A DNA stretch of 64,000 bases from an uncultured Clostridia bacterium (GCA_963766335.1 CAVXZA010000002.1:1918791-1982790), one strand, 5' to 3'. Shown: positions 49,637-59,840, numbered from the stretch's first letter. The notes: generated by a model from the sequence alone, not told the origin. Program-made: numbers and translations.

Positions 49637-49647
49637 ATTATAACACA
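49637..49647 (-). promoter_or_regulatory. Extended -10 promoter directly before the dnaE start (leaderless candidate)
   Basis: TGTGT-TATAAT then six T then ATG; no SD. Confidence 0.55.
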
Positions 49648-49787
49648 TTGCTCAAATTCATTAACAAGATATTGCAATTAATTTGTATAAAATTACTAAT
49701 CTTAATATCTTAGTCTGTTTTATCTTAAATTGAACAGAACTAAGAGTTGTGCTAATATCAAAATAGATTAGAATTATGGAGTTTGAT

Positions 49788-50423
49788 ATGAGTATTTACT
49801 TTTCAACACATAAAAAAAAGAAAAATTTCCCTTTTGCTTTATTTGGATTTCTTGCCCTGCTTGTATGGACAGGCATGGTTATCTATTTTCTTCAAAAAGG
49901 TTATACACTCAGTGACTTTGCAGCTGCTGATTCCGGGAGTGAAGTTAAAAATATCCTAGGATTTGTCATTATTGTTTCTTCATTCCTGCTTTATCTGCTG
50001 GGGCTGGGAATAAACCGCGAGCTAAAAACAAGGTTCAAGTTCCCGCTTTACGTTATGCAGTTTATCTTTCTAGCGCTTTCAGCAATATCCGGTTATTTTT
50101 TATCATCATATGCTTTTCCTGAATTAATGAACTTCCTTATGATAAGCGCCACCTTGTATTATCTTACCCTGCTTATTTATTTTTTGCTTCAGCACCGGGT
50201 ATACTCACGATACTTCTCTAAAACAATAATGATAATATCATCGCTTCCTTTAATACCGTTCATTTATGGCGTTTATAATTTCATTGCAGGAAAAAGCATG
50301 ATTTTTACACAGGAGCCCTTTAGCTTTGACAACTTTGCTATATATGCATTATTATTTACAATGCTGCTGTATACAATTGCCAATAGTGTATACCTGAGTT
50401 ACATAAACAGAAGGGTCTATTAA
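49788..50423 (+). CDS. Hypothetical multi-pass membrane protein
   Basis: About 6 hydrophobic segments; GGAG before ATG 49788. Confidence 0.7.
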   Translation: MSIYFSTHKKKKNFPFALFGFLALLVWTGMVIYFLQKGYTLSDFAAADSGSEVKNILGFVIIVSSFLLYLLGLGINRELKTRFKFPLYVMQFIFLALSAISGYFLSSYAFPELMNFLMISATLYYLTLLIYFLLQHRVYSRYFSKTIMIISSLPLIPFIYGVYNFIAGKSMIFTQEPFSFDNFAIYALLFTMLLYTIANSVYLSYINRRVY

Positions 50424-50424
50424 A

Positions 50425-51294
50425 ATGAAATCAACCATTGATTGTATATATTGTTATTTAAGGCAGGCTGTAAACTGCATGAAACATGCTAAAATCCCTG
50501 AAGAAGACCAGCCGGAAATCCTATATTCTCTTATGGATGTGATAAAAGAGCTGGATATCAATGAAAGCCCATGTTTCAATTCAACATTCACTATCAGAAA
50601 AACGTATGAACTAAGCAATTGTATGGATCCTTTTAAAAAAGAGAAATTTGAATCTAATCAAAAAGCCATGGAACTTTTAAACCTACTTGGGGACTCCATC
50701 GACTCCTCTGATTTACACAGTCTCTTCGTTCTGTCTTCGGCGGGCAACATTATTGATTCTGGAATCATCTTTGAATATGATATTGAAAAAACCATTAAAG
50801 AAACCCTTGAAAGCGGGTTTTCAATTGACGACTATCAGACTTTTGAAGAAAAACTTAAAAATGCTGAGAGTGTTTTGTATTTAGGCGATAATTGCGGTGA
50901 AATTGTCTTTGACATGCCCTCCGTGCGCTTTTTAAGCGAATTAGGTAAAGATGTTTATTATGCGGTAAAATCCGCTCCAATCCTAAATGACGCCCTTAAA
51001 GAAGATGCAATATTTGCAGGAATAGATAAATATGCAACTGTAATTGAAACCGGTTCAGGTTTCCTGGGTGTAAATCCGGATGATTCTTCCAGTGATTTCA
51101 TGGAACTTCTAAACAGCACTGACCTTATCATTTCAAAGGGGCAGGCCAACTTTGAATCCCTGGACGACTATCCTGGCGGCAAAGGCAGGATTTTCTTTAT
51201 TTTAAAAATTAAATGTGAAGGAATTACCGAACGGATTCCCGGATCCCATTACGGTGATTCAGTGTTTTATACAGCCGGCGGTTATGTAACATGA
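50425..51294 (+). CDS. DUF89/ARMT1-like damage-control phosphatase
   Basis: DCIYC, GNIID, LGDNCGEIVFD, PILNDA, SKGQANFE. Confidence 0.88.
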   Translation: MKSTIDCIYCYLRQAVNCMKHAKIPEEDQPEILYSLMDVIKELDINESPCFNSTFTIRKTYELSNCMDPFKKEKFESNQKAMELLNLLGDSIDSSDLHSLFVLSSAGNIIDSGIIFEYDIEKTIKETLESGFSIDDYQTFEEKLKNAESVLYLGDNCGEIVFDMPSVRFLSELGKDVYYAVKSAPILNDALKEDAIFAGIDKYATVIETGSGFLGVNPDDSSSDFMELLNSTDLIISKGQANFESLDDYPGGKGRIFFILKIKCEGITERIPGSHYGDSVFYTAGGYVT

Positions 51295-52250
51295 CAATAT
51301 TCTTTTCCATACTGCTATTTATTTTGGGACTTGCCTTGATAATCAAAGGCAGCGATTGGTTTGTAGATTCTACCATCTGGATTGCACGGACGCTTAACAT
51401 CCCCGAATTCATCATTGGGGCAACATTGGTAAGCGTTTGCACTACCCTGCCCGAGCTTTTGGTTTCCACCGGTGCCGCAGTAAACGGAGATACTTCAATG
51501 GCACTTGGTAATGCTGTTGGAAGTGTCGCTTGCAATACCGGTCTTATTTTAGGCACAGTAATCGTTTTTTCAATGCCGAAGCTTTATCACCGGAATGCAA
51601 TCAGACTTAAATCAACTTTTATTTCAGCAGCTTTGGCCGCATATCTTTTAATTGCTTTAATATTCGGTGGATTCAACTATATTATCGGGATTATATTCAT
51701 GTTGATGTCTGGAATCTTTGTTTATTATAATTATTACGAAGCGAAGAAATACCGCGAGAATCAGGAACAACAGCCTATTACTGACAAATCCAGAAAAACT
51801 GTTACAAGGAATATTCTCATTTTTGTCATAGGCCTAACAATGACTATTGCCGGCTCTCAACTTATGGTTATTTATGGCGAACGGATTGCCATTTCACTGC
51901 AAATACCGTCAATTGTCATAGGTGTTACAATGACTGCCCTCGGTACAAGTCTTCCTGAACTTGTGACGGCAATTACCGCTTTGCGCAAAAAAGCTTCCGC
52001 GCTTTCTGTTGGAAATATCTTTGGGGCCAATATCCTTAACCTTACGCTTGTCCTGGGCGGCACAGCAATAATAAAACCAATTGTTACAGAGGGGAATGTA
52101 TTGTCATTCCACCTTCCTTTTATTCTGGGCATTACACTCATCGCCTCACTCAGTACCCTGATATTAAAAAAGAAGTACCCGCGTTTCATCGGGATACTTC
52201 TTCTGTTATCTTACTTTTCATACATTACTTTAACCTCTATATTGGTATAA
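51291..52250 (+). CDS. Calcium/sodium antiporter (YrbG-like CaCA)
   Basis: Alpha repeats TTLPEL...GNAVGS and GTSLPEL...GNIFGAN. Confidence 0.9.
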   Translation: MTIFFSILLFILGLALIIKGSDWFVDSTIWIARTLNIPEFIIGATLVSVCTTLPELLVSTGAAVNGDTSMALGNAVGSVACNTGLILGTVIVFSMPKLYHRNAIRLKSTFISAALAAYLLIALIFGGFNYIIGIIFMLMSGIFVYYNYYEAKKYRENQEQQPITDKSRKTVTRNILIFVIGLTMTIAGSQLMVIYGERIAISLQIPSIVIGVTMTALGTSLPELVTAITALRKKASALSVGNIFGANILNLTLVLGGTAIIKPIVTEGNVLSFHLPFILGITLIASLSTLILKKKYPRFIGILLLLSYFSYITLTSILV

Positions 52251-52261
52251 AATTGCCAGTC

Positions 52262-53179
52262 TTATACATATAAATCAGTTGAAATATATCTTTCTCCTGT
52301 ATCGGGGAATACAACAACAATATTCTTACCAGGATTTCTGCCTGCTGTTTCTACAGCTGCATAAAGAGCTGCGCCCGATGATATGCCGCAAAGTATCTTT
52401 TCTATTTCAGCTGCTTTACGGGCAAACTCCCTGGCTTTTTCAGTGGGAACTTTTACAATTTCATCGATGACTCCGGTATCAAGTATTGCAGGAATAAAAC
52501 CTGCCCCGATTCCCTGTATGCCATGCTTGGAGGGCAACTCGCCTGAAAGCACAGCTGATTCCTCCGGTTCTACTGCTATAACTTTGATTTTATTGTTTTT
52601 TAATTTTAGGTAACTGCCGGTTCCTGTTATCGTCCCTCCTGTACCTACTCCTGCGATGAATATATCAACATGACCTTCAAGATCAGTGTATATTTCCCTT
52701 GCAGTCGTATCAAAATGGGCAGCGGGATTTGACGGGTTCTCAAATTGCATGGGGATAAACGAACCTTCGATTGATTTACTTATCTCTACAGCTTTTTCTA
52801 TGGCCCCTTTCATTCCCTTTTCAGGAGGCGTCAGGACCACTCTGGCGCCATATGCACGCATTAGCGCAATTCTTTCAGCGCTTAGTGATGACGGCATGGT
52901 AAATATGACATTAAGCCCATATTTGGCAGAAGCGAGGGCCAGGCCGATTCCCGTATTACCGCTTGTTGGCTCAATGATGGTAGATCCTTTTTTTATCTTA
53001 CCACTGCTAAATGCATCTGTCAGCATCCTCAATGCAGGCCTGTCTTTAACGCTACCACCGGGGTTAAAAGATTCAAGCTTTGCATAGATATCGGCATCCA
53101 GGCTGAATAATTGTTTTATTTTATTAAGTTTTACCAGCGGTGTTCCGCCTATTGTTTCTTCTATGGAATTAAATAACAT
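52262..53179 (-). CDS. cysK: Cysteine synthase A
   Basis: KLESFNPGGSVKDR, EPTSGNTG, GVGTGGT, HGIQGIG, PDTGERY. Confidence 0.95.
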   Translation of the reverse strand: MLFNSIEETIGGTPLVKLNKIKQLFSLDADIYAKLESFNPGGSVKDRPALRMLTDAFSSGKIKKGSTIIEPTSGNTGIGLALASAKYGLNVIFTMPSSLSAERIALMRAYGARVVLTPPEKGMKGAIEKAVEISKSIEGSFIPMQFENPSNPAAHFDTTAREIYTDLEGHVDIFIAGVGTGGTITGTGSYLKLKNNKIKVIAVEPEESAVLSGELPSKHGIQGIGAGFIPAILDTGVIDEIVKVPTEKAREFARKAAEIEKILCGISSGAALYAAVETAGRNPGKNIVVVFPDTGERYISTDLYV

Positions 53180-53181
53180 GA

Positions 53182-53730
53182 TTATACCTCATATAATTTT
53201 TTTTCTGTCAGAAGGTAATCCATTTTAATATCATGACTTTCAGTCGGCAGCGGTATGTCGCTAATCTGGAATTCATAGCATGCACCGATTTTAATAAAAT
53301 CAGATTCAGCTAGAAACCGGTCATAATAGCCCTTTCCGTAACCCATTCTTACACCGAGATTGTCAAATGCGACTCCCGGCACTAAAACAACTTCTATATC
53401 ATCAGGATTGACATTTTTGCCTTCTGACGGTTCTGGTATATTGTATTTACCCAGGGTTACGTTGATGAAATCACTAAAACAAATCGGGTCAATTTTATCA
53501 TTTTTATTTACTGAAGGCAGCGAAAGCTCTTTGCCATCAGTGAGCAATCTTTTTAGCAGGGGTATTATCGGGGCTTCATTGTTTATAGGATAATATGCCA
53601 TGAAAGATTTTTTCTTCTGAAGTCCGCTATTTAAAAATGCATTCAAAATCCCCTCCCCTGCTTCTTTAATAAATTCAGGGGAAAGATCATTCCTTTTTAT
53701 TATGTTAATCTTCCGTATAGAAGCTTTCAT
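53182..53730 (-). CDS. 5-formyltetrahydrofolate cyclo-ligase
   Basis: IPEP, VPGVAFD, RMGYGKGYYDR. Confidence 0.9.
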   Translation of the reverse strand: MKASIRKINIIKRNDLSPEFIKEAGEGILNAFLNSGLQKKKSFMAYYPINNEAPIIPLLKRLLTDGKELSLPSVNKNDKIDPICFSDFINVTLGKYNIPEPSEGKNVNPDDIEVVLVPGVAFDNLGVRMGYGKGYYDRFLAESDFIKIGACYEFQISDIPLPTESHDIKMDYLLTEKKLYEV

Positions 53731-55520
53731 CAGAATATCATATTGTCTATATATTCATTGGTAAATCCGGGATCTGTTGTTAATTCTATATATTCGACCA
53801 GCTTTTTGATTTCCTCGGCTTCTTCAATGTATTTATGCGAAAGCAGGCACATTGATGCTCCGGCTCCGGCAGTATTCCCGGAGGGTATTACATTTTCCAG
53901 ACTGAGTTTAGGCAACAATCCTATGGCCATTGCGCTTTCAACATTTAAATAATTTCCAAATCCGCCTGCCAGATATATCTTTTTAACATCGTTCGGCATT
54001 ATATGATATTTCTTAATAAGGGTCGAAATTCCTGCAGCTATAGCAGCCTTTGCATTTTGTATTTCCCTGACATCTTTCTGAGTTATACAGATTTCATCGA
54101 TTATCCTGAATGCCTTTATCCCCTCAAATTCAAATAATCTTTCAGCAAGCTCTCCTGAGACCATAATTTCGTCGTCGTCATAAAAACGGCCTGTTTCATC
54201 AATTATGTCATTTTTAAGCATCTGGGCTACGGCATCAACAATTCCGGAGCCACATATCCCTACAGGATCTTTTTGGTCAATGGTAGTAAAACTGACTTTT
54301 CCGTCCATTATTGAAACAGCATCTATTGCACCGGATATGCCGCCGGTTCCAAACCTAATATTTGCCCCTTCAAAGGCTGGCCCTGCTGCAGTTGAACATG
54401 AAATCATCCTCTCTTTATTACCAAGCACCATTTCCCCGTTTGTACCTATATCAATTAGCAGGGATATTTCGTCTTCAGTTCTTAGTTTGCACGCAAGCAG
54501 ACCGGCTATAATATCGGCACCGATATATGCGGAAACCGAAGGCAAACATAAAGCATGGCCGAATTTATTGATTTTTATCCCAAGTTCAGCAGCCGGAAAA
54601 TCATGCATCTCAGTACTAACAGGTATAAAAGGAAGCTTTCCGATATTTATGGGGTCAAGCCCCATGAGGAAATGCATCATTGTTGTGTTGCCGGCAAGTG
54701 TAATCATATAAATGTCATTCGTTTTCAGAGCATGTTCCTTGCAAAGCTTTTCAATTAATTCATTTAACTGATTAACTAAGACAATATTTAACCGGCTTAG
54801 TCCTTTTTCCTCTGTCTGGGCATAATTAATTCTGGATATTACATCAGCCCCAAATTGTTTCTGATTGTTGAGTTCTGATACAACACCGGTAAAATCACCG
54901 TTTTCCAGACTGTATAAATATGCAGCCATTGTTGTTGTTCCGATGTCAATCGCTATACCGAAGAAATGTCCGTTTTCTTTATTTTCAACACCCTTAATAA
55001 TATCATAATATGAAATCACAGTCGGCTCATTGCTGCTCGAAGATAAAGCCTCCGTAATATCCTTAAGCAGAGGAAGGTTATTTTTATCAACTTTCATATT
55101 GGAATTATGCAATATATTGCTTATATCAGAAACCTGCCTGTCGAGGTGCGGAATCTCTGTTTTTATTTTCTTCAGTCCTATTGCAGGCCTGAAAGAATCT
55201 ATTTCAAGATTTGAATTGGTGAGGATTTTATTTTTTGCGCTTTGTGCCGGGACTTCTACTACCATCCCGTCTTCCCCCTTTATAAAGCATGCAAGTCTAA
55301 ATCCCTCATCTATGTTTTTCTTTCCCAGAAGCCTTATCTCCTCATCATCGGGGGGCTGTGTAATTGCAGTGGTCTTAACCAGGCACTTCCCGCATTTTTT
55401 CATTCCGCCGCAAGGAGCGATGATTTCAGCATTGCTTTTTTGAATGATTTCAAGAATGGTTTCGCGGCCGTTTGTATTTAGATTGTAATCAACTTTTTCG
55501 CTTATGATCTTAATTTTCAT
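53730..55520 (-). CDS. ASKHA-type ATP-dependent corrinoid reductive activator (RACo/DUF4445) with N-terminal [2Fe-2S] domain
   Basis: CGGMKKCGKC...RLAC, DIGTTT, GADVISRI, DIGTNGE, AAGPAFEG, GICGSG, LAGGFG. Confidence 0.88.
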   Translation of the reverse strand: MKIKIISEKVDYNLNTNGRETILEIIQKSNAEIIAPCGGMKKCGKCLVKTTAITQPPDDEEIRLLGKKNIDEGFRLACFIKGEDGMVVEVPAQSAKNKILTNSNLEIDSFRPAIGLKKIKTEIPHLDRQVSDISNILHNSNMKVDKNNLPLLKDITEALSSSSNEPTVISYYDIIKGVENKENGHFFGIAIDIGTTTMAAYLYSLENGDFTGVVSELNNQKQFGADVISRINYAQTEEKGLSRLNIVLVNQLNELIEKLCKEHALKTNDIYMITLAGNTTMMHFLMGLDPINIGKLPFIPVSTEMHDFPAAELGIKINKFGHALCLPSVSAYIGADIIAGLLACKLRTEDEISLLIDIGTNGEMVLGNKERMISCSTAAGPAFEGANIRFGTGGISGAIDAVSIMDGKVSFTTIDQKDPVGICGSGIVDAVAQMLKNDIIDETGRFYDDDEIMVSGELAERLFEFEGIKAFRIIDEICITQKDVREIQNAKAAIAAGISTLIKKYHIMPNDVKKIYLAGGFGNYLNVESAMAIGLLPKLSLENVIPSGNTAGAGASMCLLSHKYIEEAEEIKKLVEYIELTTDPGFTNEYIDNMIF

Positions 55521-55571
55521 AATTTCACCTTATCAACAGTCTATTAAAAATTATAAACAAATTAAACTTGT

Positions 55572-55600
55572 TTGACTATTGTTTTTTGAAATATTATAAT
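55572..55600 (+). promoter_or_regulatory. Sigma-A promoter of gltX-glnS-xer
   Basis: TTGACT-17 nt-TATAAT. Confidence 0.75.
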
Positions 55601-55626
55601 TTTAATATTAACTAAGGGAGTATTTT

Positions 55627-57081
55627 ATGACTAAGGAAGTACGCACAAGATATGCACCCAGCCCTACAGGTTATATGCATATAGGCAATCTGCGTTCTGC
55701 AATTTATGAATATCTCGTCGCAAAAATAAACGGCGGTAAATTCATTCTGAGAATTGAAGATACAGATCAGGCAAGAAAAGTAGAAGGTGCTGTTGAAGTT
55801 ATCTACAACACATTGAAAACTATTGGCATTCTGCATGATGAGGGACCGGATGTGGGCGGTCAATATGGACCGTATGTTCAATCTGAAAGAAAAGAAATGT
55901 ATCTTCCTTACGCTCAGCAGCTTATTGAATCAGGTGATGCATATTACTGTTTCTGTTCAAAAAGGCGGTTGGATTCACTTCGCAGAGATGCTGATGAAAA
56001 TCATGTTCAATATAAGTATGACAGGCACTGCCTGCATCTTTCAGGTGCTGAAATACAGGATAATCTGGATTCCGGCATGAATTATGTAATAAGACAAAAA
56101 TCACCCGATAAAGGTTCCACCACATATCATGACGAAGTATATGGTGATATCACATTCGGCAATGAAGGTCTTGAAGACCAGATATTAATTAAGTCCGATG
56201 GATTTCCTACATACAATTTTGCGAATGTCATTGATGATCATACTATGAATATCACTCACGTTGTAAGAGGAAGCGAATATCTGTCATCTACGCCGAAATT
56301 CGTTCATCTGTATAGAGCATTTGGATGGGAAGTACCTGTTTTTGTACACCTCCCCCTTGTCGTAAAGAGTGACGGAAGTAAAATTTCAAAAAGAAACGGC
56401 GATGCAATGTTTGACGATATGATCAAAGCTGGTTATCTGCCGGATGCCATATTGAATTATACTGCGATGCTGGGATGGAGTCCCGGAGACGAACGTGAAT
56501 TTTTTACTTTAAAGGAACTTGAAACAGATTTTACAGTTGAAGGCATCAGCAAATCCCCTTCCACCCTTGATTATGACAAACTTAAATGGGTAAACGGAGA
56601 ATATATCAGACGGATGACCCTGGGTGAATTCACCGAAACAGCTGAAGAATGGATAAAAAAAGCCATAGGTAGTAAAAATCTGAATATTAAGAAAATAGCA
56701 GCTATGCTTCAGAATCGAACAGAGATTTTAAGCGATATACCTTCTTCGATTGACTTTCTTGTAAAAGTGGATGATATTAACCCTGAATTGTATTTCCACA
56801 AGAAAATGAAAAGTGACACCGAATCCGCAAAAGCGCTTCTACCGCTTGTAAGGACAACATTGTCGGTACTCAGTGACTGGGGACATGATGTTATTTATAA
56901 CGCCCTTGTTGAAACAGCACGGCAAAACGAAGTTAAAAACGGAAAAGTCATGTGGCCGCTTCGAGTTGCACTAACTGGAAAACCTGTAACTCCGGGCGGA
57001 GCCATTGAAATTGCAGATATACTGGGTAAAGAAATAACACTTCAGAGAATTGATGCTGCCATTGAGCAGCTGGAGGCATAG
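55627..57081 (+). CDS. gltX: Glutamate--tRNA ligase
   Basis: RTRYAPSPTG, HIGN, LRIEDTD, KISKR. Confidence 0.95.
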   Translation: MTKEVRTRYAPSPTGYMHIGNLRSAIYEYLVAKINGGKFILRIEDTDQARKVEGAVEVIYNTLKTIGILHDEGPDVGGQYGPYVQSERKEMYLPYAQQLIESGDAYYCFCSKRRLDSLRRDADENHVQYKYDRHCLHLSGAEIQDNLDSGMNYVIRQKSPDKGSTTYHDEVYGDITFGNEGLEDQILIKSDGFPTYNFANVIDDHTMNITHVVRGSEYLSSTPKFVHLYRAFGWEVPVFVHLPLVVKSDGSKISKRNGDAMFDDMIKAGYLPDAILNYTAMLGWSPGDEREFFTLKELETDFTVEGISKSPSTLDYDKLKWVNGEYIRRMTLGEFTETAEEWIKKAIGSKNLNIKKIAAMLQNRTEILSDIPSSIDFLVKVDDINPELYFHKKMKSDTESAKALLPLVRTTLSVLSDWGHDVIYNALVETARQNEVKNGKVMWPLRVALTGKPVTPGGAIEIADILGKEITLQRIDAAIEQLEA

Positions 57082-58761
57082 ATGGACAAGATATTTGAGT
57101 CAAGCAATTTTATACACAACGAAATTGATGAGGATCTTAAAAAACATCCTGACCTTAAAATTCATACACGGTTCCCTCCGGAACCCAGCGGTTATTTTCA
57201 CATCGGTCATGTAAAGGCAATAGCCATCGACTTCGGCACAGCTGAAAAATATGGCGGCATGTGTAATCTCAGAATGGATGACACTAACCCGGTGCTTGAA
57301 AAAACGGAATATGTCGAAGCAATAAAAGAGGATATTTCATGGCTTGGGTTCAAGTGGCATGAACGCGTTTTATATGCATCAGAATATTTTGATCAGTGTT
57401 TTGACTATGCAATTGAATTAATTAATAAGGGACTCGCATTTGTCTGCAGTCTTTCTTCTGAAGAAATGCGGGAATACCGCGGTACGCTGACTGAACCCGG
57501 AAAGAACTCCCCGGACAGGAATAGGTCTATTGAAGAGAATCTTAAGCTTTTCAGTGAAATGCGCGACGGTATATATCCTGACGGCGCAATGACATTGAGG
57601 GCAAAGATTGATATGTCTTCTCCGAATCTTAATATGAGGGATCCTGTTATTTACAGGATAATGCATGTTACCCATTCAAATACCGGTGATAAATGGTGTA
57701 TATATCCGATGTATGATTATGCTCATCCGATCCAGGATGCAATTGAGGGAATCACTCACTCCCTGTGTTCCCTTGAATTCGAGGACCACCGGCCGCTATA
57801 CAACTGGGTTCTGGATAATCTTGGCTACGGGGAATTTCCAAAGCAAAGGGAGTTTGCACGCCTGAATATCTCATACACTATTACAAGCAAGAGGATCTTG
57901 CGTGCAATAGTTGAAAGTGGGCTTGTTTCAGGCTGGGACGACCCCAGGATGCCTACTATTGCAGGTTTGAGGCGCAGGGGTTATACACCATCTTCACTAC
58001 TCGCATTCATAGATAAGGTAGGTGTTGCAAAAACATACAGCGTTGTTGACATGGCTCTTCTGGAACATTGCATAAAGGATGAACTGAATAAAAAAGCCCA
58101 TAGGGTCATGGTAGTTATGGATCCTTTAAAAGTGATTATTACCAACTACCCTGATGGGAAGACCGAGATGATGGAAACGGAAAATAATCCCGAAGATCCC
58201 GAATCCGGCACAAGGGAGGTACCCTTTACCCGCGAAATTTACATTGAAAGGGCTGATTTCATGGTGGAACCAGTAAGGAAGTATTTCAGGCTATCTCCAG
58301 GACGAGAGGTCAGACTGAAAAATGCATATTTTATAACCTGCAATGATTATAAGACTGATGAAAGCGGCAAAGTTTTGGAACTTCACTGCACATATGATCC
58401 TGCCTCGAAGGGCGGACACTCCCCTGACGGCAGAAAAGTCAAGGGCACACTTCATTGGGTATCTTCCGAATATGCAATTGATGCCGAAATTCGACGGTAT
58501 GACAGGCTTACCCATCTTGAAAGTCCCGGTTTGCTTCCGAGGGAAACCCCTATTGAAGAAATGATAAATCCTGATTCACTGCATGTTTTTAAGAATGCCA
58601 AACTTGAACCTTCATTGTCAAATGTTAAGGAAGGCAATAAATTCCAGTTTATCAGAAACGGATATTTCTGTTGTGATGCAGACTCGAAGCCCGGTGCAAT
58701 AGTATTCAACCGCATAGTTCCTTTAAGGGATTCCTGGGCAAAAATCGCAAAGAAAGGCTGA
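57082..58761 (+). CDS. glnS: Glutamine--tRNA ligase
   Basis: TRFPPEP..HIGH, DDTNP, IYPMYD, CSLEFEDHR, GWDDPRMPT, TLHWVS. Confidence 0.93.
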   Translation: MDKIFESSNFIHNEIDEDLKKHPDLKIHTRFPPEPSGYFHIGHVKAIAIDFGTAEKYGGMCNLRMDDTNPVLEKTEYVEAIKEDISWLGFKWHERVLYASEYFDQCFDYAIELINKGLAFVCSLSSEEMREYRGTLTEPGKNSPDRNRSIEENLKLFSEMRDGIYPDGAMTLRAKIDMSSPNLNMRDPVIYRIMHVTHSNTGDKWCIYPMYDYAHPIQDAIEGITHSLCSLEFEDHRPLYNWVLDNLGYGEFPKQREFARLNISYTITSKRILRAIVESGLVSGWDDPRMPTIAGLRRRGYTPSSLLAFIDKVGVAKTYSVVDMALLEHCIKDELNKKAHRVMVVMDPLKVIITNYPDGKTEMMETENNPEDPESGTREVPFTREIYIERADFMVEPVRKYFRLSPGREVRLKNAYFITCNDYKTDESGKVLELHCTYDPASKGGHSPDGRKVKGTLHWVSSEYAIDAEIRRYDRLTHLESPGLLPRETPIEEMINPDSLHVFKNAKLEPSLSNVKEGNKFQFIRNGYFCCDADSKPGAIVFNRIVPLRDSWAKIAKKG

Positions 58762-58764
58762 TTA

Positions 58765-59736
58765 ATGGCTTTTGACCTGAACGAACTTCCCGTATTCGCC
58801 AGGGATTATCTGGCTTATATGGATACTGTCAGGAATTGCTCTGAAAATACTATCAGGGAATATTTTTATGACCTTAGAATATTTCTCAAATTCATTAAAC
58901 GCCATAAAAGCGGTATGAAATTCCCGCTTGAAGATATATCTGTTGTAGAGGAAAAGGTTTCTATCCTCGACGATGTTTCTTTGAGCGACCTCTATGCATA
59001 TATGACATTCCTCAATAGAGAGAGGGGCATGTCGTCACGGTCCAGGGCACGCAAGGCGGCATCAGTTAAATCTTTTTATAAATACTTATTCAGCAAAGCA
59101 AAAGTTATTAAAAGCAATCCGGCTATGGAACTTGAATCCCCTAAGCTTGCCAAGGAACTTCCCCGCTACTTAAGCCTCGATGAAAGCAAACGCCTTTTAT
59201 CAGTTATTGACGGCCGTTATCATGCAAGGGATTTTGCAATTATTATTATTTTCCTAAACTGCGGCCTTAGGATATCTGAGTTAGTTGCAATTAACACAAA
59301 TCACATAAGAGACAATGATACTCTTGTGGTAAGGGGCAAAGGCAATAAAGACAGGACTATATATTTAAATGATGCCTGTATATTTGCCATAAACAGGTAT
59401 CTTAATGTACGTCCTAAATCAGCTCCGGAAGACCCGAATGCCCTTTTCCTCAGCATGAGGGGAAGCAGGATAAGCCGCAAAACAATACATGTAATGCTTA
59501 AAAAATATTTTATGAAAGCCGGTTTGGACGCGGAAAAGTATTCTGCGCATAAGCTTCGGCATACTGCTGCAACACTTATGTACCGCCACGGAAATGTTGA
59601 TATAAGGGCTCTTCAAAGCATACTCGGTCATAAAAGCATAGCAACTACTGAAATATATACTCACGTGGATAATGAAAAAATCCGCGAGGCAATCAATGCC
59701 AATCCACTAGCAAACACAAAACCTGATCTTCCCTAA
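58765..59736 (+). CDS. Xer-family tyrosine recombinase
   Basis: GLRISEL, GKGNKDR, SAHKLRH, LGH, TTEIYTH (R-K-H-R-H-Y intact). Confidence 0.92.
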   Translation: MAFDLNELPVFARDYLAYMDTVRNCSENTIREYFYDLRIFLKFIKRHKSGMKFPLEDISVVEEKVSILDDVSLSDLYAYMTFLNRERGMSSRSRARKAASVKSFYKYLFSKAKVIKSNPAMELESPKLAKELPRYLSLDESKRLLSVIDGRYHARDFAIIIIFLNCGLRISELVAINTNHIRDNDTLVVRGKGNKDRTIYLNDACIFAINRYLNVRPKSAPEDPNALFLSMRGSRISRKTIHVMLKKYFMKAGLDAEKYSAHKLRHTAATLMYRHGNVDIRALQSILGHKSIATTEIYTHVDNEKIREAINANPLANTKPDLP

Positions 59737-59743
59737 ACCCATT

Positions 59744-59776
59744 TTTAACAAAGTATCCGTCGGATACTTTGTTAAA
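59744..59776. repeat. Perfect 16-bp inverted repeat with 1-nt spacer (terminator or binding site)
   Basis: TTTAACAAAGTATCCG-T-CGGATACTTTGTTAAA. Confidence 0.85.
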
Positions 59777-59799
59777 TGAAAATATTTCTAATAAAACAC

Positions 59800-59830
59800 A
59801 AAAAAACCGACTTAATAAAAGACGGTTTTT
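59800..59830 (-). terminator. Intrinsic terminator for the LCP gene
   Basis: AAAAACCG...CGGTTTTT stem with flanking A/T runs. Confidence 0.6.
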
Positions 59831-59840
59831 CTATAAAATT

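Noticed and set aside
55521-55626. T-box before gltX
   Set aside because: The -10 ends only 26 nt before the start codon and there is no T-box sequence
58765-59736. Prophage or ICE integrase
   Set aside because: Flanked by housekeeping genes, with no cargo, att repeats or phage genes
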